Shown here in pieces: positions 13,987 through 27,684 of a stretch of DNA of 64,000 bases (the stretch's first letter is position 1; each line of letters begins with the position of its first letter). The stretch is from positions 5,642,001 through 5,706,000 of the forward strand of contig CM035362.1 of assembly GCA_020137815.1 (NCBI GenBank), read 5' to 3'. Source of the DNA: Hormiphora californensis (lineage: Eukaryota > Animalia > Ctenophora). Under the pieces are notes generated by a model. That model had not been told where the DNA came from, did no database searches, and saw only the letters and a program-made list of their open reading frames with translations. A program made the position numbers and the translations under genes.

Positions 13987-16900
13987 ATGGACGGTGGATT
14001 TCGACGTCTCAAACTCTCCTCCTCCAACAACAAAAACTCCGGGATATCCTACAATAACAGAGGCCGCACCTACAACAACAATGGTACAGGAGGCTCCACC
14101 TACAATAACAATGGTACAGGAGGCCCCACCTACAACAACAGTGGTACTAGAGGTTCCATCTCTGGTGATGAGATGGAGGCGCATCCCCTCCGAAACACCG
14201 CACCCCGGAAGTCGGAGATAGAACGTGCAGTGTATGTTGGAAACAACACCGGCCTCCTCCGTAAAGTTTCCACCTCCCGGACGGACACCCAAACGGTCCG
14301 GAACTACAACAGGACAAGCAGGACCACCATCACGCCCGAGGAGAATGTACCATGTCCCGTGTTGATCTGTCACAGGGATCATGAACATAACTGGCAGGAG
14401 GGGTGTTACATGATGGTGAGGTTGTCTACCCAGCAGTTAGCCAGGAGGGCTAGTGAGGCAGCCATACAGAGTGGGTATGGGGATCTACCTGGGGATGATG
14501 ATCGTGCAAAGGGAAGTTTGGAGGATCTTCAGGAGTCGGTTGAAAATCCGGGTATTTGCAACGCGGTAGGTCCAGCGTGGACACATGATGATGGCCCCGA
14601 GCTGCATCATGTAGATCCGGCTATCTGTGATTATGTGCCACCTACCCCAGAACTACATGTAGACCCAGCTATCTGTGACTATGTGCCACCTCAACCGGAA
14701 CTAAATGTAGATGCTGTTGCTCCCCCGTGTAATGATAAACCGTCTTGGGAGGGAGACAAACCGGCAAAAAAGGTAGCAATTTGTGAAGAGCCTCAGCCAA
14801 TAATTTGCGATGTTGTCCCACCCGATCGGAAACTTGAGAAGGAGAAGAAGCGAAACGAAAAGAGGGCACAACTAGCAGGGATAATGGGGCTTGAACCCGA
14901 TGATGAGCGATTGGAAATGTACCTCTCAACAGATGATGAAAACTCGGGGAAAACACCAGCAGCTCCAGCAGCAGTAGCTCCAGCTGCAGCACCGGTGACC
15001 AAATCAAAAGAGGGATCGGTTGAATCTGTGAAAGCCCGCCGGGCGTCAGTTGGTCTGTTCCGTGCACCTGACGGGGGAATCTATTGTCCTCTTGGCAAAG
15101 ATCCAACCCCAGAAGAGGAAGAAGAGGAGATTTCTGAACTGACAGAGGAGATAGTACAAGACGTTGCGTGTGTGTACAGCTGTTATTCTGATAAGACGTC
15201 TGATTTGGGGAGTAATGCCTCTCTTGATAATGATGCAGGGCACACACCATGGAAAAACACACATAAAGGTACTTGTTAGACTGTTAAAATAAAAGAGTTT
15301 GAACAATGCAAAAAGGTACTAAACTTGATTTAATTGTGATAATTAGTAATCAGTAGTCTCTAAATCAACAATTCTGAGATAGCAATTGATGATGTGAGAT
15401 GAAATCGAAGAATGATTTAGTAACGATTAATACCACAGCAACTACACTTTGCAGGTACCGTGATAGGTGAAGCATCAGGGTCCACCGGTACATGTGGGCA
15501 CTCAGCTCACATCAGAAGAGATCCACAATCGCCCAGTACTCACAGTATTCTAGGGACATCCAACACTCTCTACAGTGTAGTAAACTTGGGAAGTTTGGGA
15601 TCTGGGAAAAATGACAAAAAGGGAATGGTCGGACTTCCACAACCGGTAAGATAACAAAAAAAATGGGCGTGCTGGTAAATTTAAAATTGGCACTGCCCAG
15701 AATATATGGGTGCCCGATATAATACCGGGCACCCAATTTACTGGGCAGTGGGCACCCGATTTACCGGGCATAACCATTTCCCCGCTGAGCATCCCCATGT
15801 AAATCTAAAATTTCACCGTGATACATTTTGTAAACAAATATGGCAACCCCCCCCCCTCTATTAGGCGGTAAAAACATTGTCTGGCACAGCTCGTACAGTC
15901 CGGACTGTTACGACATTTACCCGAAATGCCGGCTACAACACCAAACCCACTGTGCGACCACAATGGAGGGCAAACAACCGACTAAGAAGGATCCCCGTGA
16001 AATACTCTCCGCCCCATGCTTGTGCTACTGCCATGGTTAGTTAACAGTTAACAGATTTCGTAGGGACTGAATAGTAGAATTTTCTCAAATAATTAGCCTC
16101 AGTCTATCAGTTAGTGAAATGATTTTAATTAGTCTCTTAGTCTCTTAGTCTGTGCCGACTTGATCTATGTGCACTGAGAATCAAAAACGGGATCTGGTGA
16201 GTCCAGACTCGCCTCAGTCGAATATAATTTTCTCAAATAACCATACAAATATTTTCAGATGCCAGCCTTCAACCACACCACTGCAGAGCGCAGTCCAAGT
16301 GACGACAGGTTGGATGAAATAGCACGCATGATCCGTGGTTGGGGAGACAAGTTCAGTGCTGTCAAGACACCCCCAAACCCCTCGCCCTGGTACGATGATA
16401 AGTGGAGGCAGAAGCAGTTTGAGGAAGAAACACAACGACAAAAAGCAGTAACTATTGCTCCAGTTGATGGCGGGAAGAAGGTGACCACAACCACAACAGG
16501 AGGAGAGGGAGGTGGTAATTCTGGAGGACAGCAAGCTGCTCAACAAGCTGCCCAACAACCGATCCAATCGGGTCCAGTCACGTATAACTATTTCATGAAC
16601 GGACAACCTGCTGCTCCTGCACCACCACCTCAACCTCAATGTGCCGGTTTAGCAGGATTACGGATCTGTCCGAAATGTAATGGAGCTCAGGGTGCAGGAT
16701 CCGATCCTGGTATGGTTTATGGAACTATTGATGCACCACCTCGAGACCCTGGTATGGTGTATGGAACTATTGATGCACCACCTCGAGCTGAACCACCACC
16801 CCCAGCCCCACAACAACAACAACCGTCTGGACAGCAGAAGAAGAAGGTGGAAGGAAGTCCAGTTAATGTATACGACGGCCACAACGCCGGCCACGTCTAC

Positions 16901-19850
16901 GAGAATGATCTAATGGTGGAAGAGGATTGGACTGCCGAGGAGGAGGAGGGAGAAATCCTAGAGGTGAGTGCACTACAGAGAGAATGGCCCTCGTTATCAT
17001 CACCTGCATTTAGACAACCAAGCGGGGGGCCACCTCCCGCCCGGGCAGTTAATTTTGCATTCTCCCAACCAACCTTTCAACCGTTACCCTTCTCGGGTAT
17101 TGGACCAGTACCTGACATGGAACTCCAGGATGTGAGGCCTCGCGAACTGGTGATCAAACCAGCGGTGCAACCAGTAACCAATAACAAACCACCAGCGGTG
17201 CAACCAGTTACCAATAACAAACCACCACCATCATGGATACCAAGTATTGCGAGTGGGGTACCAGTTGTCAAGAAGCCGGTCGAGGAAATGCCAGTTTTGG
17301 TGAAGCCAGAAGTTCAAAAACAGGTGGAATTTGCACCATCAAGAGGACGAAAGCCGGCGGTATATGGAGGTCAAGATACTGTTTCCCCGGGTGAATTACA
17401 AGATGTTAATGAGGAATCGGATCCGGTAGAGATATGTCCCTCAGAAGTAGATGAGCTATCACTGGAAGAGGAATCTCTAGAAGACCTTGGAGGTCAAACA
17501 CCAGTAGAGTTAGATGGTTCACCAGACTTTGGAGGTCAGGAACCAGTAGAGTTAGATGGACTGTCTCCTATATACGAGTGTTCAGACGATTTTGAAGACC
17601 AAGTGCCGGTAGAGTTAGATGAAATATCTCCTATAGAGGATTGTCCGGAAGAAATTGGAGGTCAAGAGCCGGTAGAGTTAGATGGACTGCCTCCCTCAGA
17701 CTTTGAAGGCCAGCAACCACTTGACATGACACCAGAAGAGTTAGATGATTCACCAGATTTTGAAGGTCAAGAACCACTAGACATGGCGCCGATAATTGAA
17801 CCAGAGGAATGCCCACAAGAAGAATCAGCACCACCACTAGCAGACGAATCTGGGCCAGAATCGGAGGGTTCAGTACCACCACCAGCAGACGAATCTGGCC
17901 CGGAATCGGAGGGTTCATCCTCGGGCTCCATTAACAATGGTGCCAAGTTCATGGCCCATCTCGCAGGAATGATTGACGGCAGAGGAAACGACGGTCCTGA
18001 TTCAGAAGAGGAGCGAAAACGGGAAAAACTAAAAGATCTCTACGCAGAGTTTCTAAATGCCGATTCACTGCCCTCCAGCACTGATCCGATGAGTAGTATC
18101 AGTGATTTGAGTGATAATCCTGAGGATCTAGAAGTTGAAACTCTTCTCGGTGCAGGGGGAAGGCTGTTCAGAAGATTAGAAGAGGAACAGACACCCCCTC
18201 ACGCTGAGATCCGTGATCTTCAAGATCGGTTGAACAGACTAGATCGTTACTCGGAAACCGTTTCAGAAGATAATTCAAGAAGAATTGACACCCCGATCAA
18301 CAACAGATATCGGATCGTTAGACATCCTCGGAAACGAATGACAGCCTACCAAGAACGACCCATGTACTTTAAACCTGCATCTTATCACGGCCTCCAACGG
18401 ATCACAGCTCAACTGCAACAACTCACCACCACAGTCAACCAAATGGAACAAACGTCATCGTGTGGACGTTGCTGTTGCCATGGTAACCAGCAACCACAGC
18501 AACCAATGATGCACCCCATGATGATGATGCCTCAACAACAGCAAATGATGATGTTACCCCCGCAACAGCAACAAATGATGATGATGAATCAAATGATGCT
18601 GGGAGGAGGAGGTGGTAACATGATGCAAGGGAGTTCTTCTTCTGCTGCATTTTCAACTAGTAGTAGCTCTCACCAGCCTTGGCAGGAGATAAAAGATGAA
18701 CAGCATCTGGAGGTGATCCTGTCCCATCCCCAGCTTCAGAACCCAATTATTGCCCAACAAGCATGGCCGTACATCAGTAAAGGCTACATTCCACCTTTCC
18801 TAGCTGATGTTCTCGCCCCACCTCCAGCCCCTCGCTCACCCCCTCCTCCTCCGGTAGTGATTACAGAATCCAAAACCACGGTAGTTCACTCCGCACCCCC
18901 TCCACCCCCACCCCAACCTCCTCCTCCCAAACTAACAAAAAAGAAGAAAGCCTCGATTATGAATCGGTGGAAGAAAGTCTCCAGTGCTATCCTGATATCA
19001 CCATCACAGCTACAAAATATGATGAATGAAGGAGGGAAAGCCATGCAGGACATTGAGTCGGAGAGGAGGACGAGCATTGTCCAGATGCCGAGCGAGATAG
19101 CTACCCATGAAACGGCCAAGAAGTTCGCACAGCTGGTTGCGAAGTACAAGGCACGAGAGAAGCGAGGAAGTTTAGTTCCTGATGAGGATGCGGAAGAAGA
19201 ACCTGCTCCAAACCAAGAAGATACACCACCCACAGAACGAGATGATCTTGCTCCTTTAGAACTAGAAGAAGAGGATGTTCCCCTGGAGCAAGGCCAAGTA
19301 GACCCCTCATGGAGACCGCCCCGAGCGACCGGATCCCCGAAGAGATCGCCGACACCCAACACTGACCTTGATGTTATCGAGGAGGAGGTGGAGGATGGAG
19401 ATGATGGGAGCGAGATGATTGATCTGCCCGGTGAGTAGGTACATATCGACTACACCGAGAAGGATTGAGTTTTTAGGTAAAAAAGGGAGAGATTTTTGAT
19501 GAAATATATTCCAGTTTATGAGTTTATGTTTTAGTATCTAATATATCATACACCAATGTATATTTTCACCAGTAACGCGTTTGGATTGGGCCGGGGCGGG
19601 GGACCGGGACGAATCTCTCTCCTCGTCGGACCTCCCTTCATCATTCCATCTGTCAGAGGACCTCCCTGAGCTGGACTGTTGCCAAGATGGGACCACCAAT
19701 AATAAATATCTGGACGAGAATAATGACGTATGTTGTGGAGATATGCATAGTGGGAGGAGTGGGGATCAGGAGAGTAGCAGGTCGATCAGTGACAAAACTG
19801 TCAGCAAGCTGGTGGAGCATTTTGAGACTTTGAATGGGGAGGACAGTTGA
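13987..19850 (+). CDS. ~1640-aa Pro/Glu/Gln-rich disordered orphan protein (exons 13987-15268, 15455-15645, 16259-19430, 19573-19850)
   Basis: Four ORFs join in frame via canonical GT/AG sites (phases 1,0,1; 4923 nt total); repeats DPAICDYVPP, DPGMVYGTIDAPPR, GGQEPVELDG. Confidence 0.75.
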
Positions 19851-20676
19851 GAAACAAATTAGTATCTGTAGGGTTGGTTGGTTGGTTGGTTTGGTATCTG
19901 TAGGGTGTGAAACATATAAGAGTCGTGTATAGTGTAACTTTGCTATTATAGACGGCTAGTATAGTATGGTATAATATGAGTTTTGATTGTACTAATTGAC
20001 AATTAGTGATTGTCATGGTTCCTCTTTATACAAATTTGAATGACAGCCTTTTTATTGGGTGTTTTAAAAGAATTAATAAATGGTCAATAACATACAACAA
20101 TTTATGATACACAAAACATTCAACATTCAATATTCAACATAAACTTTACTACTTGTTAGTCGTTACTCGTTAGTTATCATTTTAATGGATCATATATTCT
20201 CCCATAATGGAAGCTCTTACGGTTTTCCTACGGTAGTCCGGAAAAACCGTAAGAGCTTCCACTACCATTTTAACAGTCATGAAATTCATACACACTCTCT
20301 AACTCTCAACATTTCATTGACTTATTGAGTTTATCTTGATAAAGTACAGTCTTCCCCTACAGCTACACATTCTCATAATCTCATATACTCCTAAATATTT
20401 CTGACCACTCCATTGTATATACCCTTCTACTGTAACCACGTACCCTGTACCCATGAACTGCACCTTCCCGGGTATTACTACACTCACACTTTTAACGGTA
20501 ACCATGGTAACCCTTTCTCTTAGTCTCATAACGGCTCTGACACAGAACACTCAGTCGCGGTGATACGCAGGGGCACGGAGAAAAACCCCTTTCCCGGGTA
20601 TTAATTACTTAATTATTAATTTCCCGGGTTATAATTACATGAACAAGCTAGGGAAGAATTAAAGTCTCAGACATCA

Positions 20677-23600
20677 TTAATTTTGTTTGGGATGCCCCTT
20701 TAAATGTTCATCAATAGTATTAGCAATGTTCAGCACGAATATGAACACTCCCAGAAGTATGAAGACCGATCCAACTATGAGGTGGGGGTAGTTCACTTCT
20801 CTGAGGGCTATCTTCGCTATAATACATCCTGCAGAGGAGAGGGAATTGTAAAATTATGCACCCTGTAGGGGAGAGGGAATTGGAAAAGAGGGGGAGGGGG
20901 AGAACAAGGCCATGAAATACAGCTGTCACCAAGAGAACAATATACTTCGATGACCCAAAGCCTCACCCGCATTTTTGGAACTATCATTATGTCACGAGGG
21001 GACTGGCAATTGCCAGTGCAATTTAATACAATTCGCCTTGAAACACTTGCCAGTGCAACTTAATACAATTCACCTTGAAACACTTGCCAGTACAATTTAA
21101 CATATTACTCACCTGGAAAGACGAACATGAAGGTGGCTGCGAAACTCCCTGCAATGCTGATAACATCATTGAGCTGTGTTGCAAAGGTTGCAACCACTAG
21201 GGAAACAAAGAACCAGGCCAGGATGGAGATGATCCTGAATTTGTTGTTACCCGGTTGGAGGGGTGTCAGGGTGATTACAAGACCTTCTAGAGCTTGTCTT
21301 CCTGCAGTAGTAAGAAGCTCATCACAACATCATGATGGGGTGATCAATTAAGTATTAGAAGATCATCATGATCAATTTCATGGGAATTGAGGGAGGATTG
21401 AATTGTGCTAGCGATTATTTTATCTCAACTTGACAATCAATAGGAGTTTCCATGGTAACTTGACAATCAATAACTAGGAGTTTCCATGGTAACGTACCGA
21501 TAAATAATATGACGGGGTATGTCATACAAATTGAAACAGTCACGGCCACTCTTCCTGAAAAAAACCAAAGTGAATTTCAGGAAATATTAAAGCTTTGAAA
21601 CTCTAGGATCTATATCTCCCTCTTAGCAGGGCGCTCTTAAAATGTCAACAGAGATTCGATATGTCTGAACCACACATGTTACTGTTAGAGTGCGTTCTAC
21701 TAACACAGACACGGTGGTGGAAACTCTCCTTTCTTCTTACCAATTGTAATGAGGATGGAATTGGCGGGAAAGTTGAGGATGACGTCAGGTCTGACGTCAC
21801 CGCCAAACATTGCCAGACCAGCCAGCCCAACTATAACGTAGAATAACGTAGCAAGAAACATAGCAACACCCACCACAACTGAGAGAGGGGAAATTAGTAT
21901 TAATTTCCTATATCGGGTGAAGTTTATCATCTCAGTAAATCGGGGTTCCAGTAAATCGAGGTTCGGTAAACCGACTGCACTAACCTATAATGTGGTATGG
22001 AGGGTGTTGGTATACAAGTGTGGAACCTTATCTGAATACAAACCACTAACCAGGAACCGACCGAATCAGAAACACTGGTCCCTGATTGGCTGATAACCAG
22101 TCACGTGATACTAACCAAGGTATTTAGTGGTGGATCGTTGTCTCATTTCCCCGTACAGTGGAACTGATGTCATGTGACACTGATAGGCAAATGATAGCGC
22201 TGGCATTATTCCAATTATCTTGATAGGATCTCCATCACCAACGGGGTACCTGCAATTAAACAACCAATCAGAACTCGTTATTTAGGTCACGTGACTGGTT
22301 ATCAGCCAATCAGGGTACCTGCAAATAAACACATGGCACTGTTAGGAACTGAACAGGATACCTGCAATTAAACATATTTCATGATGAACTGAACAGGGTA
22401 CCTGGGACACATTTCATGATGGTCACCATGGCAACCTGCATGCAATTAAACACATTTCATGTTGAACTGAACAGGCCGGTACCTGCAATAATAGACACAT
22501 TTCATGTTGAACTGAACAGGGCATGCAATTAGACACATTTCATGTTGAACTGAACAGGGCACCTGCATGCAATTAGACACATTTCATGATGGTCACCATG
22601 GCAACCTGCATGCAATTAGACACATTTCATGTTGAAATGATTGAACTGATTGAACTGAACAGGGTACCTGCATGCAACACGGGACACAAATAACAATTGC
22701 TTGAGAATTGCAATAAAATCATTTTATGTTGCAAAACACGAGAATCTGACCAATATTGCCCCCACCCCGACAAGAAAAAAAGGTTGTGCAAGTTTTTAAT
22801 TACAGCTAATTACCATGGGTTTTTAATTACAGATAATTACCATGGGTTAATATCGGCTCTTACTCCAGATGTAATATACTGGGAAACAACAGCTGCAACC
22901 AAGTAGAACACACTGATTACCGAGAAGAAACTAACCTAGGGGGACAGAGGGTTACCATGGTGATATGGGGGAGAATTTTAAAACCAACCTAGGGGGTTGC
23001 TATGGCCACGGAGGAGAATGGGGGACGGGTTGAGGGAAAGTGTACAAATTTAAAAGTTAGAATCAAGAATAATTGTAATACGTAGATAATAATTGTACTT
23101 TTATTTATACTTACATAACTAAATGCACTGATGGATTTAAACCAGATAAGAGGGAAGATGATGACAACACAAGATGCAGGGATGACAAAGTGCCTGTCAC
23201 AATAAAACTCATGGCTTGCCTCTGAAAATAAATGAAATGGTTAGCAGTGTACTTGAGCTTTAAAGGTGGCGATCATATAAATCTTTTCGACCACTCGTAA
23301 TTGTATTGGGGTGAAACTTTAATTTAACTTATTGAACAAAAAGAATGCAAATTGTATGTAATTGATGTTTTTATCATAATTACTGCAGTCAGACCCCAAT
23401 TTACCGGGATGCTCGGGGAAAAGGTTTTGCCCGGTATATAGGGACCCGGTAAATCGGAGTCCGACTGTATAGTGCATTAGCAGTTTACCCACCGGTAGTT
23501 TTAGTAAGACAATAGCAGACCTCCGTTAACTGATCACCAATTGTCACCATGTAAGCGATACAAGAGCAGGAGGTGTAGAGAAATAGACAGATTTGGGTAC

Positions 23601-25023
23601 ACACCTAGAAATGGTGGGTTTATTAGGTAAAAATTTCCTACAAATTAATTAACTAATCAATTAATTAATTAGTTAATCAATTAATTAATTTATTAATTAA
23701 CTTTTTACCCGTATCCTATTCCCGCAGATCATCCCCACAAGTTCGTAATAGTTGGTGGCTCCCGTCTTATCAACAGATATAGCCAGAACCATGTGTGTTA
23801 TCACTAGATGGGGGTTGCTATGGTGAAATGGGGGAGAGTTTGGGGTTGCCATGGTGAAATGGGGGAGAGTTTGGTGTTGCCATGGTGAAATGGGGGAGAG
23901 TTTGGGGTTGCCATGGTGAAATGGGGGAGAGTTTGTTGTTGCTATGGTGAAATGGGGGAGAGTTTGGGGTTTCCATGGTAAACCCATTTTATGGTGAAAT
24001 GGGGGAGAGCTGGGGGATTATATATCCCTTTGTAATATATCACCAGATCATTTATCTCTTAAATTTTAAAACATTCCCACCTAGGATCAAGATGGGGCGG
24101 TCAATACTGGCGAATATATCTAGAGTTTAACTCACTTGCACACAGAAGAAGAAACACCAGAATCTCAATGGCGGTTATCAGACCGGCTGTCGAGAAAGTG
24201 TATGGAAACTCCAGTATTCCCGCACCTATAAAAACAAGCGATGATTTAACCTAAAACTGTTTCCCGAAAAGAAAAACGAAAACGCACGTAAATTTTGAAA
24301 CCTTTTTTTTTACCCACACACCGTCATACTCTCATACTCCCTCTCTCTGCTCACTTGTCTCGAAAGTCTACATCTTCCACACTGACTGTGATGATTTAAC
24401 TAAAAACAAGTGGTACAATTTCCACTCCATTGGAAATTTGGGCGGCCTACCACTAGAATTAGTATTATTTTGAGACGACGTCACCCCAAGTCTGATGAGG
24501 TCTGTCTGGCATGGCGCCGCAGACCCCATCTGAGCACACTGTCGCCGCCAGACAGGGTAAGATAGGGCTGGACTTCTCACCCGCAGTTGTAACTAACCAA
24601 GTACAGCATTCATCAAAATAAAAACTGCTCCAATAAGACCGCCTCCTTCACTTTCATCTTCAGGTTCTGGACCAAGTTCAGTTTGGGTTGATATTGAGAT
24701 GGACCTACAGATGAACAATTGTGAGTACAGGCAAGATAAATTCTTGCTCCTTACCTTGATCTAAAGACCCTATAATCTCTCTGCGCCCGCCCTCTTTAAC
24801 GAATTTAAAGGATGGGCGTTAGAACATAACAATCCTCATTCCTCACTTCAATCTAAAGAAGTGAAGACCCCTACCTTGATCCAAGGACACGTGAGAATGT
24901 TGTAATGGAAGTATCAGGGGTGTCATCACCACCACCTCGTGACGTGTTATCTGTCTTAACAGTACTCATACTATCTATAAGATGATTGAATATCAATACC
25001 ACACTCGCCAGCTGCTGATTCAT
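20677..25023 (-). CDS. SLC38A7: SLC38A7/SLC38A8-like sodium-coupled neutral amino acid transporter (Aa_trans family), about 12 exons
   Basis: Exon translations GAVFILMNAVLG-AGILEFPY, YMVTIGDQL, YCDRHFVIPASCVVIIFPLS, MPALSFAYQCH, MTYPVILF, GSFAATFMFVFPG match the family; start codon uncertain (25023 or 24969). Confidence 0.85.
22246..22680. repeat. Imperfect intronic minisatellite containing repeated copies of the splice acceptor
   Basis: Recurring gtacctgcaatta(a/g)acacatttcatgttgaactgaacagg. Confidence 0.85.
23810..24010. repeat. ~31-bp intronic minisatellite (gttgccatggtgaaatgggggagagtttggg)
   Basis: About 6 tandem copies next to an acceptor. Confidence 0.9.
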
Positions 25024-26820
25024 GCATCTTGCGTAACGCCCTGCTCATGCTTGACCCTGTTTTTTGAACAACATAAATGTAAATGTAATGTATGTAAATG
25101 TAAATTATGCACTTAATATCCCACTCAATAGTGAATATATACCCAGAAAAATGGTGCCAACGCACTCTCTAAAGTATCACTTTCTCAAGTGGATTACATT
25201 GTCTTTATGAACTTCAGGAAATATTTGCTCGCAACAACCGGAGCAACTTCAAAACACAACTTATTAAAAAACACTAAAAAAGAATAAATTAAATTGTTAA
25301 TAAATTAGCCCTCGATCATACAAATGTCCAGAACGCTTGGTTTGGTATCGGTAAGGGGCCCTTACTTAGGGCGCCTGTGCATCGTCGGCACGGATGAGTA
25401 TTTCATTCGTCAAATATCGGGAATCTCGTTCGCACTCCCATAACCAGTACCACTCCCTGCAGGGAGGGTGGGTGGTGAGAAAATGCCGATTTTCAGAACA
25501 AATACGTACCAAACTAAAAAGAGTCTGGAACCTGGAATCGTGTCTTTTTTCGTATAAAGGAAATGGTTTCGGAGTAGAATTCCTTGCGCCTGTCACAAAT
25601 TCTAATGGGCTGCCCACTCCAAAACCTTCCCTACTTCTCCGGCAAAACCGTCAGATGTGGACGGAAGTCTGAAGTAAAAAATAAAATGAAAGTCTGAAAA
25701 TTTGCAAATTTTCAGACTTTCATTTTATTTTATTTGACTGAGGCCGAGCGCGCGGCCTTGAAATATTGCGCGGCGTATGCTTGCAGCAGACTCTAGTTAT
25801 TTTCGCTCCATCGGTAAATTATTTGGGCACGTCGTACTGCAGACTTTGTAGCGCGATACGTACAGGGGAGTTAATTGTACTGACAGTACAATTAACTCCC
25901 CTGTACGTAGCGCACGACAAAGTCTAGTCGCGCCACCCCCGTACGTCTCCGAGTCAGACTTCGCTGGCCGCTGCCAAAGACAGCACCGTAAGAATGAAAA
26001 CACAAAAACTTGTTGCTGGAAATGTAAAAAACAAAGATAAAAACATATTATATGCACTGCACTGGAAACAACCAACTTTCATTATCATGATTATGACGTT
26101 CTGTATGGCGACAGTGCGCTCAGATCTGGGGTCGAGGCGCCAGACAGATGACGTTAAAAATTCTAATTTCACGTTTGTTCACTGTCTGACCCGGGCCGAT
26201 CTGAGAGTGAGAATCAAAACGGTGTCTGGCGCCCCAGACAGTTTGTTCACCGTGAAGCACTTATTACACTTGGTAAAGTTGAAGTTGATGTTTGTAATAT
26301 TACCAACTGTAACTTACAGTGTAAATATCACGCTACATGCAGTGTATCTGTTTGGCGCCGCGGACCCCATCTGAGTGCACTGTTGAGAATCAGATCCCAA
26401 TCAGATCGGGCCTGGCGCCGCCAGACAGTGGTTTATCACTGCGCTGGCAAGCGCAAAGGTGGCCCCATTCCATCCCCCAAAAACTTTTCCTGAAAAAGTG
26501 GGCCCGCTTGCCAACAGCGTAGATATAACAATTTTGAAGTTTCAGCCCATTTTGGCACTTTTCGACCCCTCCTAACTCCGGAACCAGATGAGCTAGGAGG
26601 CTGAAATTTGGTACTGAGAAGCTTCACATAGACCTCTACTGACGGTAAAAATTTCAAGTAGCTAGCTCATTCCGGTCGCAAGTTATGACACCACCCCCAA
26701 AACAGAAAATTCAGTGTGGCGATAGATAGATAGATATATAGCTGATTGTCCTTGCCTCGGATAGTGCTCTACTCACCAGGAGGAGCTGTTTACAAATAAA
26801 AACAAGGAAGTTTAGTTCAA

Positions 26821-26865
26821 CAGTTTACACATGTTTCAATACAAAATTGTATTTCATCAGAACTG
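26821..26865 (-). ncRNA. Second, inverted copy of the minimal hammerhead ribozyme
   Basis: Reverse complement of 29158-29202. Confidence 0.85.
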
Positions 26866-26920
26866 AATCACACTTGTCCCGTTCCAGGTTTCTTGCTTGC
26901 TCCTTCATAAAGCCATCCAA

Positions 26921-27684
26921 TTAGAGATTGTATTTCTTGTGATGTCTGCAACTACCCATGATCTCGCTTCTCCGGTTTAGGAGTTGGTGGTTCCTGGACT
27001 CCATCAAAATCTCCATCTTCTCGGTAGTGCACAGGTCACAGAACCGATCCCCAATTCCGTACGGTCTTCCCTTTTTCCTCACTTTCCAAGTGATCCCGAA
27101 TGTGATCCCCCTGTCCTTCAACTCCCACACCTTTTCAGACAGCCTTGTAGATGTTCTTTTTTCGGAGTTGTTGAATGTGTGCTTGTGCTGGCTGAATCGG
27201 GTTTTAAATGAGTTCCCTGTTAACCCGATGTAGAGAAATTTCTGGTTGCAGCTGGTCTTCAGTTGAGCTTCGTATACCAATGATTCGGTGAGGCACTTTC
27301 CATCCAATGGACAACTTCCCTTGTCCTTACAGTTGCATAATTTATCAGGCACATCTGTTGGTTTCGGGCCCCCATGTGTGAGTTTTTTGTTGTGGGCCTT
27401 TATCCTCGATTCCATGTTTTTCATGCAACTGTATGATACCTTGAGAGTGTTTTTGTTGAAGATCTGGCTGTAAATGTGTCCTGCTGGAAAGTGCCTTGCC
27501 ACTAAACCAAGAAACTTTCGTCCCAGGTCCGTTTCAACATCCACAGAAAATGGTGGGTTAAACCATATTACCCTTCGCCGTCCTTTCCTTTTCTTTTTCC
27601 CTTTTCTCGCCACGTCTTTATATTCCGTTGAGAAGCCCTTGTAACCACTCTGCTCCAAAGCTCCTTGGTAGTGATATCGTGCCG
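26921..27684 (-). pseudogene. Inverted partial copy of the Penelope ORF 3' part (linker + GIY-YIG)
   Basis: Reverse complement of 28339-29102; one visible aa change (PYG vs PYR). Confidence 0.9.
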
